Assembly (NCBI GenBank): GCA_030704615.1
Contig: CM060732.1
Span: 36,828,001-36,892,000 of the forward strand
Origin: Takakia lepidozioides
Lineage: Eukaryota; Plantae; Bryophyta
DNA length: 64,000 nt
Reading direction: 5' to 3'
The notes below the pieces were generated by a model, which worked only from the letters and a program-made list of their open reading frames with translations, was not told the DNA's origin and did not search any database. How positions within the stretch are numbered: the stretch's first letter is position 1; every line of letters begins with the position of its first letter. Made by a program: the position numbers and the translations under genes. This document shows, piece by piece, positions 49,701 to 63,100 of this stretch.

Positions 49701-51914
49701 GCCCTGGTGGACATGTATGCCAAATGTGGGAGCATTGAGGATGCGAAAGGAGTGTTCAACACTATGGCTGAACGAGATGTGGTGTCGTGGACCGCGATGC
49801 TTGCAGGGTATGCACAGCAGGGGAGCGGGATGGAGGCTTTGGAGACCTATGATCAAATGATGGGGGAAGGGGTGAAGCCCGACCACAGCACGTTTGTGTG
49901 CATTTGCAATGCATGTGCAAGCCTGGCAGCTCTGGAAAAGGGCAAAGAGGTCCATGGTGACATTGCCAAAGCTGGAATTGTACCCAATGTCATTCTGAAC
50001 TCTGCCCTGGTGGACATGTATGCCAAATGTGGGTCCATCGAGGATGCAAAGGCAGTGTTTAAAAAGATGGGTAAACGAGATGTGGTGTCATGGAATGCAA
50101 TGATCGCAGGATATGCCCAGCAGGGTCACGGGATGGAGACTTTGGAGACCTATGAGCAAATGATGGGCGAAGGGGTGAAACCCGACCACATCACGTTTGT
50201 TGGCGTTTGCAATGCGTGTGCGAGCCTGGCAGCTCTGGAAAAGGCCAAAGAGGTCCATGGTGACATCGTCAAAGCTGGAATTGGACCAAATGTCATTCTG
50301 AACAATACCCTCGTGGACATGTATGCCAAATGTGGGTCCATCGAGGATGCAAAGGGAGTGTTTGACAATATGGCTGAACGAGATGTGGTGTCATGGAGTG
50401 CGATGATCGCAGGATATGCACAGCAAGGGCGTGGGATGGAGGCTTTGGAGACCTATGAGCAAATGATACGGGAAGGGGTGGAGCCCTCCCACACCACGTT
50501 TGTGTGTGTTTGCAATGCGTGTGCGAGCCTGGCAGCCCTGGAAAAGGGCAAAGAGATCCATGGTGACATCATCAAATCTGGAATTGTACCGGATGTCATC
50601 CTGAACACTGCCCTGGTGGACATGTATGCCAAATGTGGGAGCATTGAGGATGCGAAAGGAGTGTTCAACACTATGGCTGAACGAGATGTGGTGTCGTGGA
50701 CCGCGATGCTTGCAGGGTACGCACAGCAGGGGCGCGGGATGGAGGCTTTGGAGACCTATGAGGAAATGATGGGTGAAGGGGTGAAGCCTGACCATGTCAC
50801 GTTTGTGTGCGTTTGCAGTGTGTGTGCGAGCCTGGCAGCCCTGGAGAAGGGCAGAGAGGTGCATGGTTGCATCGCCAAAGCTGGGATTGTACCAGATGTC
50901 ATTCTGAACAATACCCTCGTGGACATGTATGCCAAATGCGGGTGCATTGAGGCTGCAAAGCGAGTGTTCGACAATATGGCTGAACGAGATGTGGTGTCGT
51001 GGAACACGATGATAGCAGGATATGCCCAGCATGGTTGTCATAGGGAGGCCCTGCAACTATTGGAAGGAATGCAAAAGAAAGGCTTGAAGCCGGACAGTGT
51101 CACCTTTATATGTGTTCTCTCTGTATGCAGCCACACTGGCCTACTGGATGAAGGAAGACGCTACTTTGATTCCCTGAGTCATGATCATGGTGTCACTCCG
51201 ACAGTAAAACACTTTGGCTGCATGGTGGACCTTCTTGGACGTGCGGGGCAATTGGATGAGGCAATGGACCTGATTAACAAAATGCCAATGAATCCAGATG
51301 TTGTGGTATGGAAGGCCTTGCTTGGTGCCTGCAGAATCCATGGCAATGTGGAGATGGCTCAACGTGCAGCAATATCTATTCTCAAGTGGGATGAACAGGA
51401 TGCCGCGACGTATGTGTTGCTATCAAACATCTATGCTGCAGCTGGCAGGTGGGATGATACTGCAAAGGTGAGAAGAATGATGAAGGTCAGAGGGGTTAGA
51501 AAGGAGCCAGGTCGCTGCTGCATTGAGGTTGGCAACAGGGTGCACACCTTCGTTGTAGATGACAAATTGCATCCCAAAATTAAGGAAATTCATGCTGAGC
51601 TGAGAAGATTGTCTGGGCAGATGAAGGAAGCGGGGTATGTGCCTGACATGCGCTTTGTGTTGCATGATGGGGGGGAGGAGGAAAAGGAATTTTCTCTTTG
51701 CCACCACAGTGAGAAGCTGGCCATTGGTTTTGGGCTGATCAGTTCGACCCCTAGGACGCCTCTCCGTCTCATCAAGAATCTTCGAGTGTGTGGTGACTGC
51801 CACACCTTCACCAAATTTATCTCAAAGATTGTTGGCCGAGCAATTGTTGTACGGGACGCTAACCGCTTTCACCACTTTGAAGATGGGATTTGTTCTTGTG
51901 GGGATTACTGGTGA
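46781..51914 (+). CDS. PLS-E-DYW PPR C-to-U RNA editing factor with N-terminal presequence and OSB-type PDF motif(s). One all GT-AG model: join(46781..46881,46982..47110,47305..47417,48709..48803,48990..51914)
   Basis: About 20 PLS motifs, E1/E2, PG box (PGRCCIEV), HSEKLA..CGDCH and terminal DYW (secure). Upstream exons give LWNEYFSDPSQWWDNRGKK|IHPRGPDFKHKTTYDSLWINSYKKPAWV in frame; choice among upstream exons is inferred. Confidence 0.85.
47420..49125 (+). repeat. Three tandem copies of a 560-580-bp intron-exonA-intron-exonB unit, each encoding one PDF motif
   Basis: Exon A starts at 47570, 48150 and 48709; exon B starts at 47855, 48421 and 48990. Confidence 0.95.
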
Positions 51915-53529
51915 AAGGATGTTTTCTTGGAAAGATGTGAGTGTCTTGCTTCATTCATTGATCTGTGTAGCTACTCAGATCATCCACCATTTCCTGGGAA
52001 TATTGACCTGCTGTTGAGTGCATTTCCTGTGGCCTATCCATCGTTTTTTTTTCTGGCGAATAATCGCCAGATTTCGACCTGGAAAATGGGTCAGCTACTT
52101 TTACTAAGGAATTCTGGGATTAAAAATCAAGAAAATCGCCAGAAAGCGCCAAAGGATAAATACCAGGAGCCAGATTTGTCCTACGTGGACCTGTTAAAAT
52201 ATGACACCTGTAATATAGTATTTTCCAGCTCTGTCACCTCGTTATTCTCTCCACATGGGCGTTGGGTAGAATCTGCATGTCGCCCTGCCTGCGATTTTGG
52301 AAAAGTGAAAAAAAAAACACTGGGCCTATCCACAGGAAATGATAGTGGGTCTACCCAACATAGGTGGGAAGTCAACCCATAATTGCACTTGACTGAGGGG
52401 GAATTTTGATAGACTCTGGTGATAGCAGAAGGAAATCAGAGTGCTGTCCTAATTCCGGGTTTGGGTGGTGGAGCTTCTCCAAAGCTTGAAGATCGAAGTG
52501 GATACGGCTGTAATGAGGTTGACTAGAGGGGCAGCCCTGTGCACAATTCAACATCTTATATGTGCACCGCACACTACTTTCAGGGCATCTGCGGCATGTT
52601 TGTATGTTTCTCATGGTGCTGCTTCAGAAAGCTCTCTTGACTAACGTGCATGAAAGTTGTCGAAAGCTAGCCTTAACCCACCATGATCCCATCCCATGGT
52701 TGCTGCTTGAAAGTTCACCTAGTGATTGTAATGGTATTTGGGTATTCAGTTATTGATTGATGCGGCATGGCTCCCTCACACATAACATTGGTTTGTGCAT
52801 GTTGGAGTTCAAGGTTGGGAGACAGAGTCCACCTACTCCACCTACTTCAGAACACAATTGCTTTAGTTCGAAAGCAGATTTTTGATCATGTATGAAACCA
52901 GTGTGCATAGATTCAGATACTGCCAGTGTACATGGAAGCAGGCGTGACTGCCAGTGTTCTCAATAACTACTTGAACTGCCCATCTCAAACAAGCTGAAAG
53001 CTCTCTTCAAATCCACTGTAAGATCTCTTTCTTTTCCTCAGTAACCGTGTGATGGCCCACATTCACTCTCTCTTTTTCTCCTTGACAGAATGAATCCAGA
53101 TATTGTCAGGTAGTAAAGCAGAGAGCTGTTGAACCCGTAGTATACCCTAGGTCTACTGTCGTTTACCTTTATTCTCTGCACCCTTAAAACAGTTTAGGGG
53201 GCGTTGGAATGATGACCTGGCATCTGGCTTATTCGCCGAGACAGGTGATGAGGACATGACCTGGCTTTACAAAAGAACCTTTACAGGTGGAAAGGAGGCG
53301 ATATTTTCATGTGTTCAAGAGGTGTTCTGGTGTACAAAGGTGGAGAGAGAATATGGAATACCAAATGTCGATGTAATCAACTATCATCCACGACCCTCGA
53401 CAAATCATCTACAACCCACATTAAATCAACCATTAGTGGTTATAGATGATATACTGATGGTTGATTTAATGGGCAACTGGGATGTGTAGGTGTACCAAAT
53501 GCCACTGAATAATTCTTTAATAGATTCTT

Positions 53530-56500
53530 ATATTCATTATAATTATGCTCAGATGCTTTCACCTTTGATTTATTGGGCATTTGATACACGAAGAAATGCC
53601 CTATGACCACGCCCCTCGATAAATCAACCTACTTGCTCGATATGAACGTAGAAATTCAAAATTGATCTTCAGTTAGAGTAAAATGTAGCAGCACGCTGCC
53701 ACTCAGTAAAGGCGAAGGGACATTGAACCAAACAATGCTCAATCGATACCACAACCTGAATATTGCGTATGAAACAGTAGGAGGAGGTATCAATGAACAT
53801 TGCACCAACTGGGAGAATTTTGTTTGCAAGTTTCCAGAGGAACGCCGAGGTTTTTGCAGCTCTGTGCTTTTTCCAAATGTTAATCCAAATTGGTTTAATC
53901 CAAGAGGTAGGGTGACTAGGGATATGTGACCATTTCCCAGTCCACTTTCGATCGAAAGTCTGAAGAGGCACAAGAAGATTGTAACTAAGTTTAACCGAAT
54001 AAGAAAAGAAGTGATAGTGCTTGCTGTTCATCCAGATCCATTCACCTGGGTTGAATTGCAAGTCTTTCAGCGGAGCCGAGAGAAACCAATATTACAAGAG
54101 TAGTGTTGTAAAAGAGGAGGTGGGGAAGGGTTGAAGCGACCAAAGATGGTACCAAAAACTCTGATAGGGTAGAAAGGGGTCGTTGAAGGGAGAAGTAATT
54201 CGTGTTTTGGCGAAACCAGTGTATAATCTGACTCCACATTGAAACAACAGCTGGAGATGTGGTCATCAAGTAGATTCTCTACGTAGAAAGCAAGAAACTA
54301 GTTCTCCTCTCTAAGAAAATTGAGCCACGAAAGGTACTTACGAACAAAGGGCGAGAGAGAATATCCATCCATAAGGGGGGAGGTTACCAGCCTAATGCTA
54401 CTCTACGAGCAGAGAAGCCCAGCCAAGTCTGGGGATATGGTAGTATTGTTTGCAATATCCCAAAAAGCCCAACGTTTAGAACATGCGATTATGAGCTTGG
54501 TATCACAGTTATAATTTCCAAAGGGAGGTTGTCTCACAACCTTGTCGAAAGATTTATGACTTCTTTAGGACTGAGGTGAGAGAGAAAAGAGTGGATCTTA
54601 CACCAAACAAACCAGATAGGCCTTAGAGCCAGCTTGGGGGATAATGTTGGAATTGCCCCTTTGCACAATCCAGCACATAGAAGAGGGCCAAAGTGGGCTA
54701 GAACGAGGGGTGGCAACAATAAGGTGATGTCTCCCTAAAAGACTCCACAGGTTATTGAGGTGAATAAACACTCGAGGGACCCATTTTGCCAGACAGGCAG
54801 TGAATTGAGCCAGAGGGTCAATAATCCCAAGCCACCATGTTTTTTCTTCTGACATAATTGAGCCCAACTGACCAAGGCGCATTTGTTGGTAGAGGACTTC
54901 GTGACTCCCCTGGATAAAATTCCTCATAAGTGACTTGACATGCTTAATGATGGCCAAACTAGAAGACAATACAGAAGCAATAAACCAACATGAAGTCAAC
55001 AAAATTTGGTTGACCACTAAAGCTCTACCAGCAACAGAGAGGTGTAAGGAGCTCCAGTACGTTAACTTCCTGTTAAGTCTGGAGAGAACTGGTGCAAAAC
55101 GAGTGCCATCGTTGACAGTCAGACCAATTTGGTGACCCAGGAGGAGATGTGCTTGTCCAAGATCCGCGCCCCAAGGTGCATAGTGAGAAGCAATATTTGA
55201 GTCAGCAAGACGATTTAGAAGACCAAACAACGTAGTGTCATCCGCGTAAAGCGAGGCCACGTAATAGAGGGCTGATGACCACCAAGAGGGGGCATGGGAG
55301 CTGGAATAAGGAGACCCCCAGAGTCCTGCCTATTAGATTTGCAAGCCCATCTGCAGAAGAAATGGGGAAAGATGGCACCCTTGTCTAACTGATTGAAAGG
55401 AGGAAATGACACAGATATGGCTCCATTGATCATGACAAGTTTACTCGAGGCAGCTGAAAGAAGGATATGAATCCATTTGAGAAAATTACCCTCGATTCCA
55501 ATAGCTTTGAGAAGTAGATAACGTGGCCAATTAAAGCTATCAAATACTTTTTCGAAGTCTAGCATTAGCATAGCCAAGGGTTGGTTGGAAGAACGAGCAT
55601 GGTGAAGGGCCTTATTGGCCAAAAGTATGTTGTCAAGATTTTATGCTTTAGAAACCCTGTCTGCTCGGGATGAATAAGCTTGGGCAGCGGATTGCAAGAC
55701 ACTTGACAAAATTTTGTAGGAGGAAATTAGCAGAGTGCTTGGTCTGAAATTAGAATGCAGATCACGGTCTCATTTCTTATGGACGAGAATGATGACCCCC
55801 TGCGCAATTTAAGAAGGTAAGATTCATTTTGCAAAGACGTCGTTTGCCATGTTGAGGAAGTCATCACCCACTGTTGGCCAGAGCTTTTAAAAAATTCCAC
55901 CAGGAGCCCATCAAGTCAAGGGACTTTGAGGGGGCTTAGAGCTTTCGTGGCATCGAGAAGTTCCAGGGCAGTAAAAGGTCTTGACAGAGCAGCTTGACGT
56001 AAGAGAGCATACTGGGGAAGGAGCCCAGGACTTCAGTCCTATGGGCGAAAGAGAGGTGATCATCTGGTTGTTTGCAAAACAGGGCAACCCGCACAAAAAC
56101 CATATCGCGGGGCTTATCAACGTTGCTGGTCAATGCAGAACTCCAATACAAGACCAGGAGGAGGATAATCTTGGAAAGGGCACGTTACGGCCTCCCTGGA
56201 ACAAATGAATTTTCCAAAATTTTCTTCAAGATCTCCAAGCTGTGTAAAACCTTTTCCTCTGCCCGAGAGTCCTCATCTTCTTGAGCTTTGTACAATTGTC
56301 TAAGCAATGTCTTGCACTCAGTTACAATATCTCCCCCACTCCATGAACCTTCTGTATGATATGCAGTGCAATGTGATTGTGAGCTTGGGCATCAAGTCGT
56401 GGCCATGTTTGAAACCTTCTCTTCAAGCTTCTGGATCTCATCGTTGGAAGATGAGATACTTGCTCGTAGTGTCTCCATCTCCTCTGACTCTTGCCTGATT

Positions 56501-56530
56501 GGCAAAATCTCCTCAAGTATGTCTTTCTCC
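53530..56530 (-). mobile_element. L1-type LINE ORF2 remnant (RT and zf-RVT), heavily degenerate
   Basis: MLDFEKVFDS, SLYADDT, LSVAGRALVVNQIL, FLWKLANKILPVG..SIEHCLVQCP. Confidence 0.85.
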
Positions 56531-57130
56531 TACACCTCCAAACATTTGTTAGAACATGAAACCCTAAACAATGACAAACCACAACATGTCGTCTTGATAA
56601 CGCAACCCTCGTTGATGTTCGATGGTGTAGCTTGTACAAGTCCTACATATTTTGGTATCAAATTATTAATCAACCCAAAAAAAATAGAATTTTTAATTCA
56701 TATAATCCTACACAACAACCTGTATCAATGCCCTTATATAGGTGTATGGAGACTACGTGCTGGGAATGATTGACTTTAAAGATTAAACACAGTTTATAGA
56801 AGATGAAACAAACTTCAACATGCATATAAGAATCCTAATACTTGGTTGCTGGGCCGCTAAGCTACAAAGAGCAATCTTCAGAGTCCTCAAAATCTTCAGA
56901 ATCCTCCAAACCCATAATATGTCAAGCACATAGAACATGCACAACCAAGAGTAAATGTGAATGACTGTGAATGAAATAGAATATAAATGAACTTGAACAA
57001 CTGAAAAATGGGAAAACACGAATAATACCTCATCATTGGGCAAGTTAAAAATGAAGATGTCAAGTGTTTATGCTACATCCAATGATACCATTGCCATGTT
57101 GGAAGTCTTGTAAAAATAAATACTTGAATT

Positions 57131-60100
57131 AGTAATGCCTGAATTTCTTCACTGCATAGATCATTACCAATGCTTCTCTTTCCGTTGTGCTATAATTTCT
57201 TTCGGCATTGTTCATCAATCAGCTAGCATAGTACACAGGTGAATCTATCCTTCCTGTAACATTTTGGGCTAACACTGCTCCTAGTGCTTCTCCAGAAGCA
57301 TCACAGTGAACATGAAATATTTCCTGCCGGTGAGGATTAATCAGCACAGGTGTAGTTGTTATTGACAATGTAAGTTCCTCAAAAGCCTGTTGACATTCAG
57401 GTGTCCATGTAAACACTGCATCTTTCTTCAGAAGTTTGCTCAATGGTGCTGCTATCTGTGCATACCGTCTGACAAATCTTCTGTAATAACTGGTTTGCCC
57501 AAGGAATCTCCTTAGACTCTTAACATTCACTGGTGGTGGAGAGCCTTTAATGGCCTCTGTTTTCCTGGGATCCACAAGAAGTCCCCTCTTACACACAATG
57601 TGTCCAAGAAGCACCCCTGAGTTCACACAGAAAGTACACTTCTCTGGATTCAGGCCCAGACCTCTCATCCTGCATCTGGCCAGACATAACTCCAATTTAT
57701 GCAAGTGCTCATTCTTAGAGCTGGATACACTGAAATCATCCAAGAATACCTGCATGAAATCATCCAGATACTCATGAAAAGATCCACTTATCACTCTCTA
57801 AAAGGTTGTTGGTGCATTACAAAGTCCAAAGGGCATGACTTTGTACGCATAAGCACCCCAGTCTGTGATGAAAGCTGTCTTTCCCTGGTCTTCTTCTGCC
57901 ACTTGTACTTGATTATAACCACTGAAGCCATCCATGAATGAGTACATCGCATGGCCTGCCACAGTGTCCAATACTGCTTCTGTGAATGGCAAAGGGAAAA
58001 GATCTTTCTTCGTACAAGCATTTAGCTTCTTGTAGTTCACACAAACTCTTAGTTTACCATTCTTCTTGGGAACTATCACAATGGGTGACAACCAAGTTGT
58101 ATACTCTATTGGGTATATAAACTTAGCCTCAGCCAACTTCTTGATCTCTTCTCCAACCTTCTGTGCATAGTTGGGATTCATTCTGTACCTTACCTGCTTG
58201 ATTGATATTGATCCTGGTTCCAGTTCAATTTTATGCTGACAGATTTCAGGTGGTATCCCTTTTAGATCCTCATAGCTCCAAGCAAATACATCTCTGTATT
58301 TGATGAACAAACTCTTAGCTTTTTCAAAGAATTCTGGCTCCAAATCAGCTCCTACCTTCACCATCCTCGGTTCCTCTTCAGTTCTCACATTCACTGCCCT
58401 CACCTCATCAGCTGTGATTGTCCAACCAGTCACCGCTTCATTCTGTAAACTCACAGTGGCTGGTTCCTCTAGGATTTCCATTTCTCCTTCTCTTTCTTCA
58501 TAGAAATGTGATGGGTAACTGCTGGTTTCCTCTTCAATTGGTGTTGCTGACACTACACCACAACAGATACCTCTTAAACAACTTAGGCCTTCCAGCCGCA
58601 TCTCTGCAACCTGCTCCCACTTTGGGTGTGCAGCGAACAGGGTAGCTTCCTGCTCCTCATCCAGTCCTCCTCTCCAGTCATACTCTCTGACCCCTCGAGG
58701 TCTTCTCGTAGCAGGTAATCTACTAGATTTCTTTGTGGTAATTTGTATCTCGTGCATCCCATTATGTACGGTTAGTAACTGAGAATTCCAGTCATGGAAT
58801 ACCCTGGCCTGTTTCAGCCACGGACGTCCCAATAATAAGGAGTAAGCCTCCATGACTTCAACCATCTTCAACACAGTTACTGTGATCATAAAGATCATCT
58901 TCTGTATCTGTATCTTAACTCATCTTATCAATCCCAATGGCTGTACACTCCTTTGATCTGCCATTGTTACTGTAAATGGGGCTGGTTTCATGTTACTTAG
59001 ACCAAGCTTCTTTCTTAATTGGTCTGTCATGATATTTACTCCAGAGCCTCCATCTATCAGTACATCAGTTAGTTCTGTGCTTCCAATTCTCAATTGGATT
59101 ACTGGCATAAATCATCAAAGTCCATGACTGTTTCTCGCCCTTCCGGCTTCACATTATAACTGGTCACCTTGCTGTTTAAGTCTGTGTTTCCTGTCTCCTG
59201 GGCAATTCGATTGATTGCTTGATACAGCCTGTGTCTACAATAAGGTGCCACAGCCAATAGCTGTCCAATGGTAATCTCTGCTTTGGTCTGGCATATTACT
59301 TTAGCCAAAGTCCCTTCATTACTTTGCATGTCTGCAGCTTCTTTCTTCCTTTCATCCTCACTCACTTCTTCTTCTCCATCAGAATCAGAGGAATCTGCCA
59401 CAGGAATATCAGTACTCTTCTGCATTTCCCTTATGGAATCTGCCACTTCCTTGTGCAGTTCCTTCTCATCTCTCCAAGCCTCATCATCTTCAGGCATATC
59501 ACTGCCACCTTCATTATCATCATCTTCCTCAACTACTGGAGGTATTAGTTTGACTTTGCTTCTTGTTACTATCATTGTATTTACTTCTGCATGGCCTAAC
59601 CATGCGAGCTGCCACCACTGGGCCCTCATTCACAAGAGCTCTCATCTCATTCTGGTGTCTAATCCAGAATGAACAGGCTGCCTTGCGATGTCCTGGCTGA
59701 TTACAATAGTAACACAGTTCTTCACCATTGGGTCCTCGCCCTTGGTCTGCTCTTGGATTATTTCTGTAATCCTGATTCTCTGGCTGGTAATTCCCCCTTG
59801 GATTACCCTGATAGTTGCCTCTGGAATTTCCTTGGTAATTCCCTCTTGAATTACCTCTCCCTTCCATGCCATTGTTATAACCACCAGGCCTACCATAGTG
59901 GTCTTGATCATTGTTTCTTCTTAGCTGGGGCTGCACTTGATGCACCCTTACTTGCCTAGGTTCTCTTGCAGTTGTCCTTCTTTTGTGGTAACAATTCTCA
60001 GTAGAATGGTTATCCATTTTACAGATAGTACAGTGTTTCTCCTTCATGTGGCATTCAGTGATGGTATGGCCTTCATTCTGGCACTTTGCACACCAAACAC

Positions 60101-63100
60101 CCTTCCTCCAATGTGTTGCAGCCTCTGTGGCATACTTCTTCAAGATTTCTTCTAATCTTTTCTCATAGTTATCCCTCTTCAACTTCTCCTATCTCTTACT
60201 CTTCCTTTTCAGTTCTTGCTCTTCTTCTTCATCTGACTCATCCTCAGAGTCCTCATCATCCCTTTTCTCTCTCCTGAGCATTCCCAATTGCTCCATTCTG
60301 TTTACAGTTTCAAATGCCTCCTCCACTGTATTATGGGGTAACATATCCACTTTCTTCTGCAACCCTGGTCTTAGTCCACTCACAAACCAAGTCTTCTGTA
60401 AACCTGGTGCTGGTACAGCAGCCAGCTTTTTCATCATCAATTCCATTTTTTCCATATACTCCTCAACAGTTTCATGCTTCTTTTGCTTTAACTGTTGTAA
60501 ACTTCCATACACTTCATCCTCAGTTTTACTTGTCCTGAACCTATTTTGGAATGCTGTATTCAAGCCATTCCAGGTTAAGAAATGATTATCAGGAAATCTT
60601 ACATACCATTCACTTGCTTTCTTGATAAGTGAACAAGGAAACAATCTCATCTTGGCATCATCGTCATTCTCAGTGTTCACTATACACATGTGCTCAAATT
60701 GGCTAATGTGTACATTGGGATCCCCTTCTCCTGAATATATTGGAAAATGTGGTTTTGCCCTTGTTGGTTGTAACGCCGTCTGTGGCCCTACCTTCTGCCC
60801 ACTGACAGGTGCTGGCACCCTTGCTGGTGCTGGTCCTTCAGGACCTGTTGTAGTTGTGGTGGATTTTCCACCAAGTGGTGGCCCCTGAGCACTCCCTGCT
60901 ACTGGCCCCACGATATTCTCAGTATTCCCAGCTCCAGTTGCACTACTTCCCACACTCCATGTCCCCCCAGAGCCAGATCCAGGCAGCCCGCCTGATCCCC
61001 CTGAGCCGACACCTTCGTTGGCCTGTGATCCAAGTGCTCCACTTGATCCAGGTCCAATGGGTTGGGATGTCCTGGTTGTAGTCTCAACCTCAGCTGTTGG
61101 GTCTACTTCTTCATACTCTTCCTCTTCCAATTTCTTCTCTCTATTTTTATCCTCCAAGTTCTGCCCTTGGGTTTCTTCTTCACTCATGTAACTCAACTGC
61201 AACGGTGTTGGAGAGTCTGAACTCTCCGTTGGCTCTGCCACATCCTCTCCTCCTTCTTCAGCCTCCACTTCAGAAGCTGGAGTTCCTGCTTTTGGTGTTC
61301 CAGGCCAACTCTTATCAAAGATTTATGTCAAATCTTTTATCCAGGGATGTACCTCAGATCTTTCACCTCGTGATTGATCTTCTTCCCGTACCAATTCCCT
61401 TAATCTTTCTTGCAAAGAAAAAGAAGGAGTGGCATCCAACTCTAGTTCTTCCGGTATGGGTGATGTACTCCCTGATCTTACTGGTGTGAGAGGTCCAGAT
61501 GATTCCCCTATGTCTATTCCTCTCTCCCAAAGATATGGATAATTAGCTTTTAGATAGCTTTCTCTTTTTGCTGAATATCTATGGAGTCTAGCTTCTCTTT
61601 CATCACTCATGTCCCATGTCTTTCATTTCTTTTAATGTGGCAATAACCAAAACTCTCTTTTGTAATATCTCTCATATATGCCTTGGGTTCTTTCAAGCTT
61701 CAATGCACCCTTGGCTATACTAGAAGTCTCCGTTACCATATAACCATATGGCAAACAAGTCTGGAAAGCTGTTCTTGGTGTGAGTTTGATCCACAAAATA
61801 TCCTTTGGAATCCAATTCTTTACCAGTACAAGCTCTTCATGCATATGAGTATAAACATTCACCTTTCTTTCCTCCCAGCCTTCAAACTCTACTCGCTTAA
61901 TGGATAGCAATGCTATCACATAAACCAGTGTTGGTAACCAACGTGCTCTTCCTCTACAGGCCACCTGATAAATCTTTATCACTCCTTTCTCCAGACCCCA
62001 TTCAGGGTCAGCATCATGCACTCTTTTAAGAATGTTTTCTTTACAACCGTCTGGCAATTCCAAGAACCTCTGAAAGAATCGTTTGGACAATCTTTCCTTC
62101 TCAGTTTCACAAGGAATTTGATTCACATCAAATTCTTTAATTCTCCAACCACCATGATCCCACCAGATGCTTGTCACATCTGGTTGTTCATGACCCAGTT
62201 CCCCAGTATGGTCGCCAAATGTCGCGCGGCTTTTGCTCACCCATCCCTTCGCTATCCGAGGTGGGAACTCCAAGATAGAAGAGTTGGAAATCTCTAAGCA
62301 CTCAGCCCGCTCAGAACAATTAGTCATGACCTACCGCTAGTGTATCATGGGGGTGTTTCCTATTTATACTCCTTCCCGCATTCATGTTAGCGAGTTACCT
62401 TACTATCTGCAATTAAGTATCAGTTTGCTTCAGAAATCTAACAAGATCCATCCATTCATTCCACAGCTTCACTCAGGTCTCTCCACAGTGTGAGTATGAA
62501 GTATGTATCAGATTAATATCAATCAAGTATCAGGCTGAAGCCATGGTGTCTCTATTCTGCTCTACATTACAACTCTACTTCTTGCATTCAGCAAGTATCA
62601 ACAGATCGTTCTCCTCCTACTCTGTGCTCTCCCTGTTTCTGCTCAGAGATGCGCTCTCCGCTTCATTTCCAAGTTCTGATCCCCCCCCCCGAAGTCCTTC
62701 CAGAAGTCCCCCCCAGAAGTCCCCGTTCTTGACTTTATCCCCCTACAAGCTGTTCTAACCGCTTTCCTGACTAACCGTCATCCCTGTAGTACACGTTCCT
62801 TTTGCAGATGTCGTTCCCTCACAGCCGTTCCCTGCCATTGATAACTGTTCCCCAGCTGTGCGAAGCTGTGACTGGCTGTGTAAGGCTGTGGCGGACTGTG
62901 ACTGGCTGTGTCGGGCTGTGTAGGGCTGTGCGAAGCTGTGGCGGCTATGTCGAGCTGTGACGGGTTGTGTCGGGCTGTGATTGGCTGTGACGGCTGTGTC
63001 TGGCTGTGGCGGCTGTGTCGACTGTGTCGGACTGTGACGGGCTGTGTTGAACTGTGATGGGCTGTGTTGGCTGTGACGGGCTGTGTAACCCCACCCTAAA
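57131..63100 (-). mobile_element. Ty3/Gypsy 5' half: extra 5' ORF, gag with three zinc knuckles, protease, RT and RNase H N-terminus
   Basis: FPCSLIKKASEWY, three CX2CX4HX4C, LIDGGSGVNIM, MDGFSGYNQV, MPFGLCNAP, FLDDF, HCDAS, ERNYSTTEREAL..KKFRHY and then an abrupt end. Confidence 0.92.
62853..63087. repeat. Degenerate array of about 10-bp GGCTGTG-core units
   Basis: More than 20 CTGTG cores; on the minus strand ACACAGCC/TCACAGCC, the same core as the 31681 minisatellite. Confidence 0.9.

Noticed and set aside
49389-51814. Repeated antisense ORFs within the PPR gene
   Set aside because: Shadow frames of the repetitive PLS coding strand.
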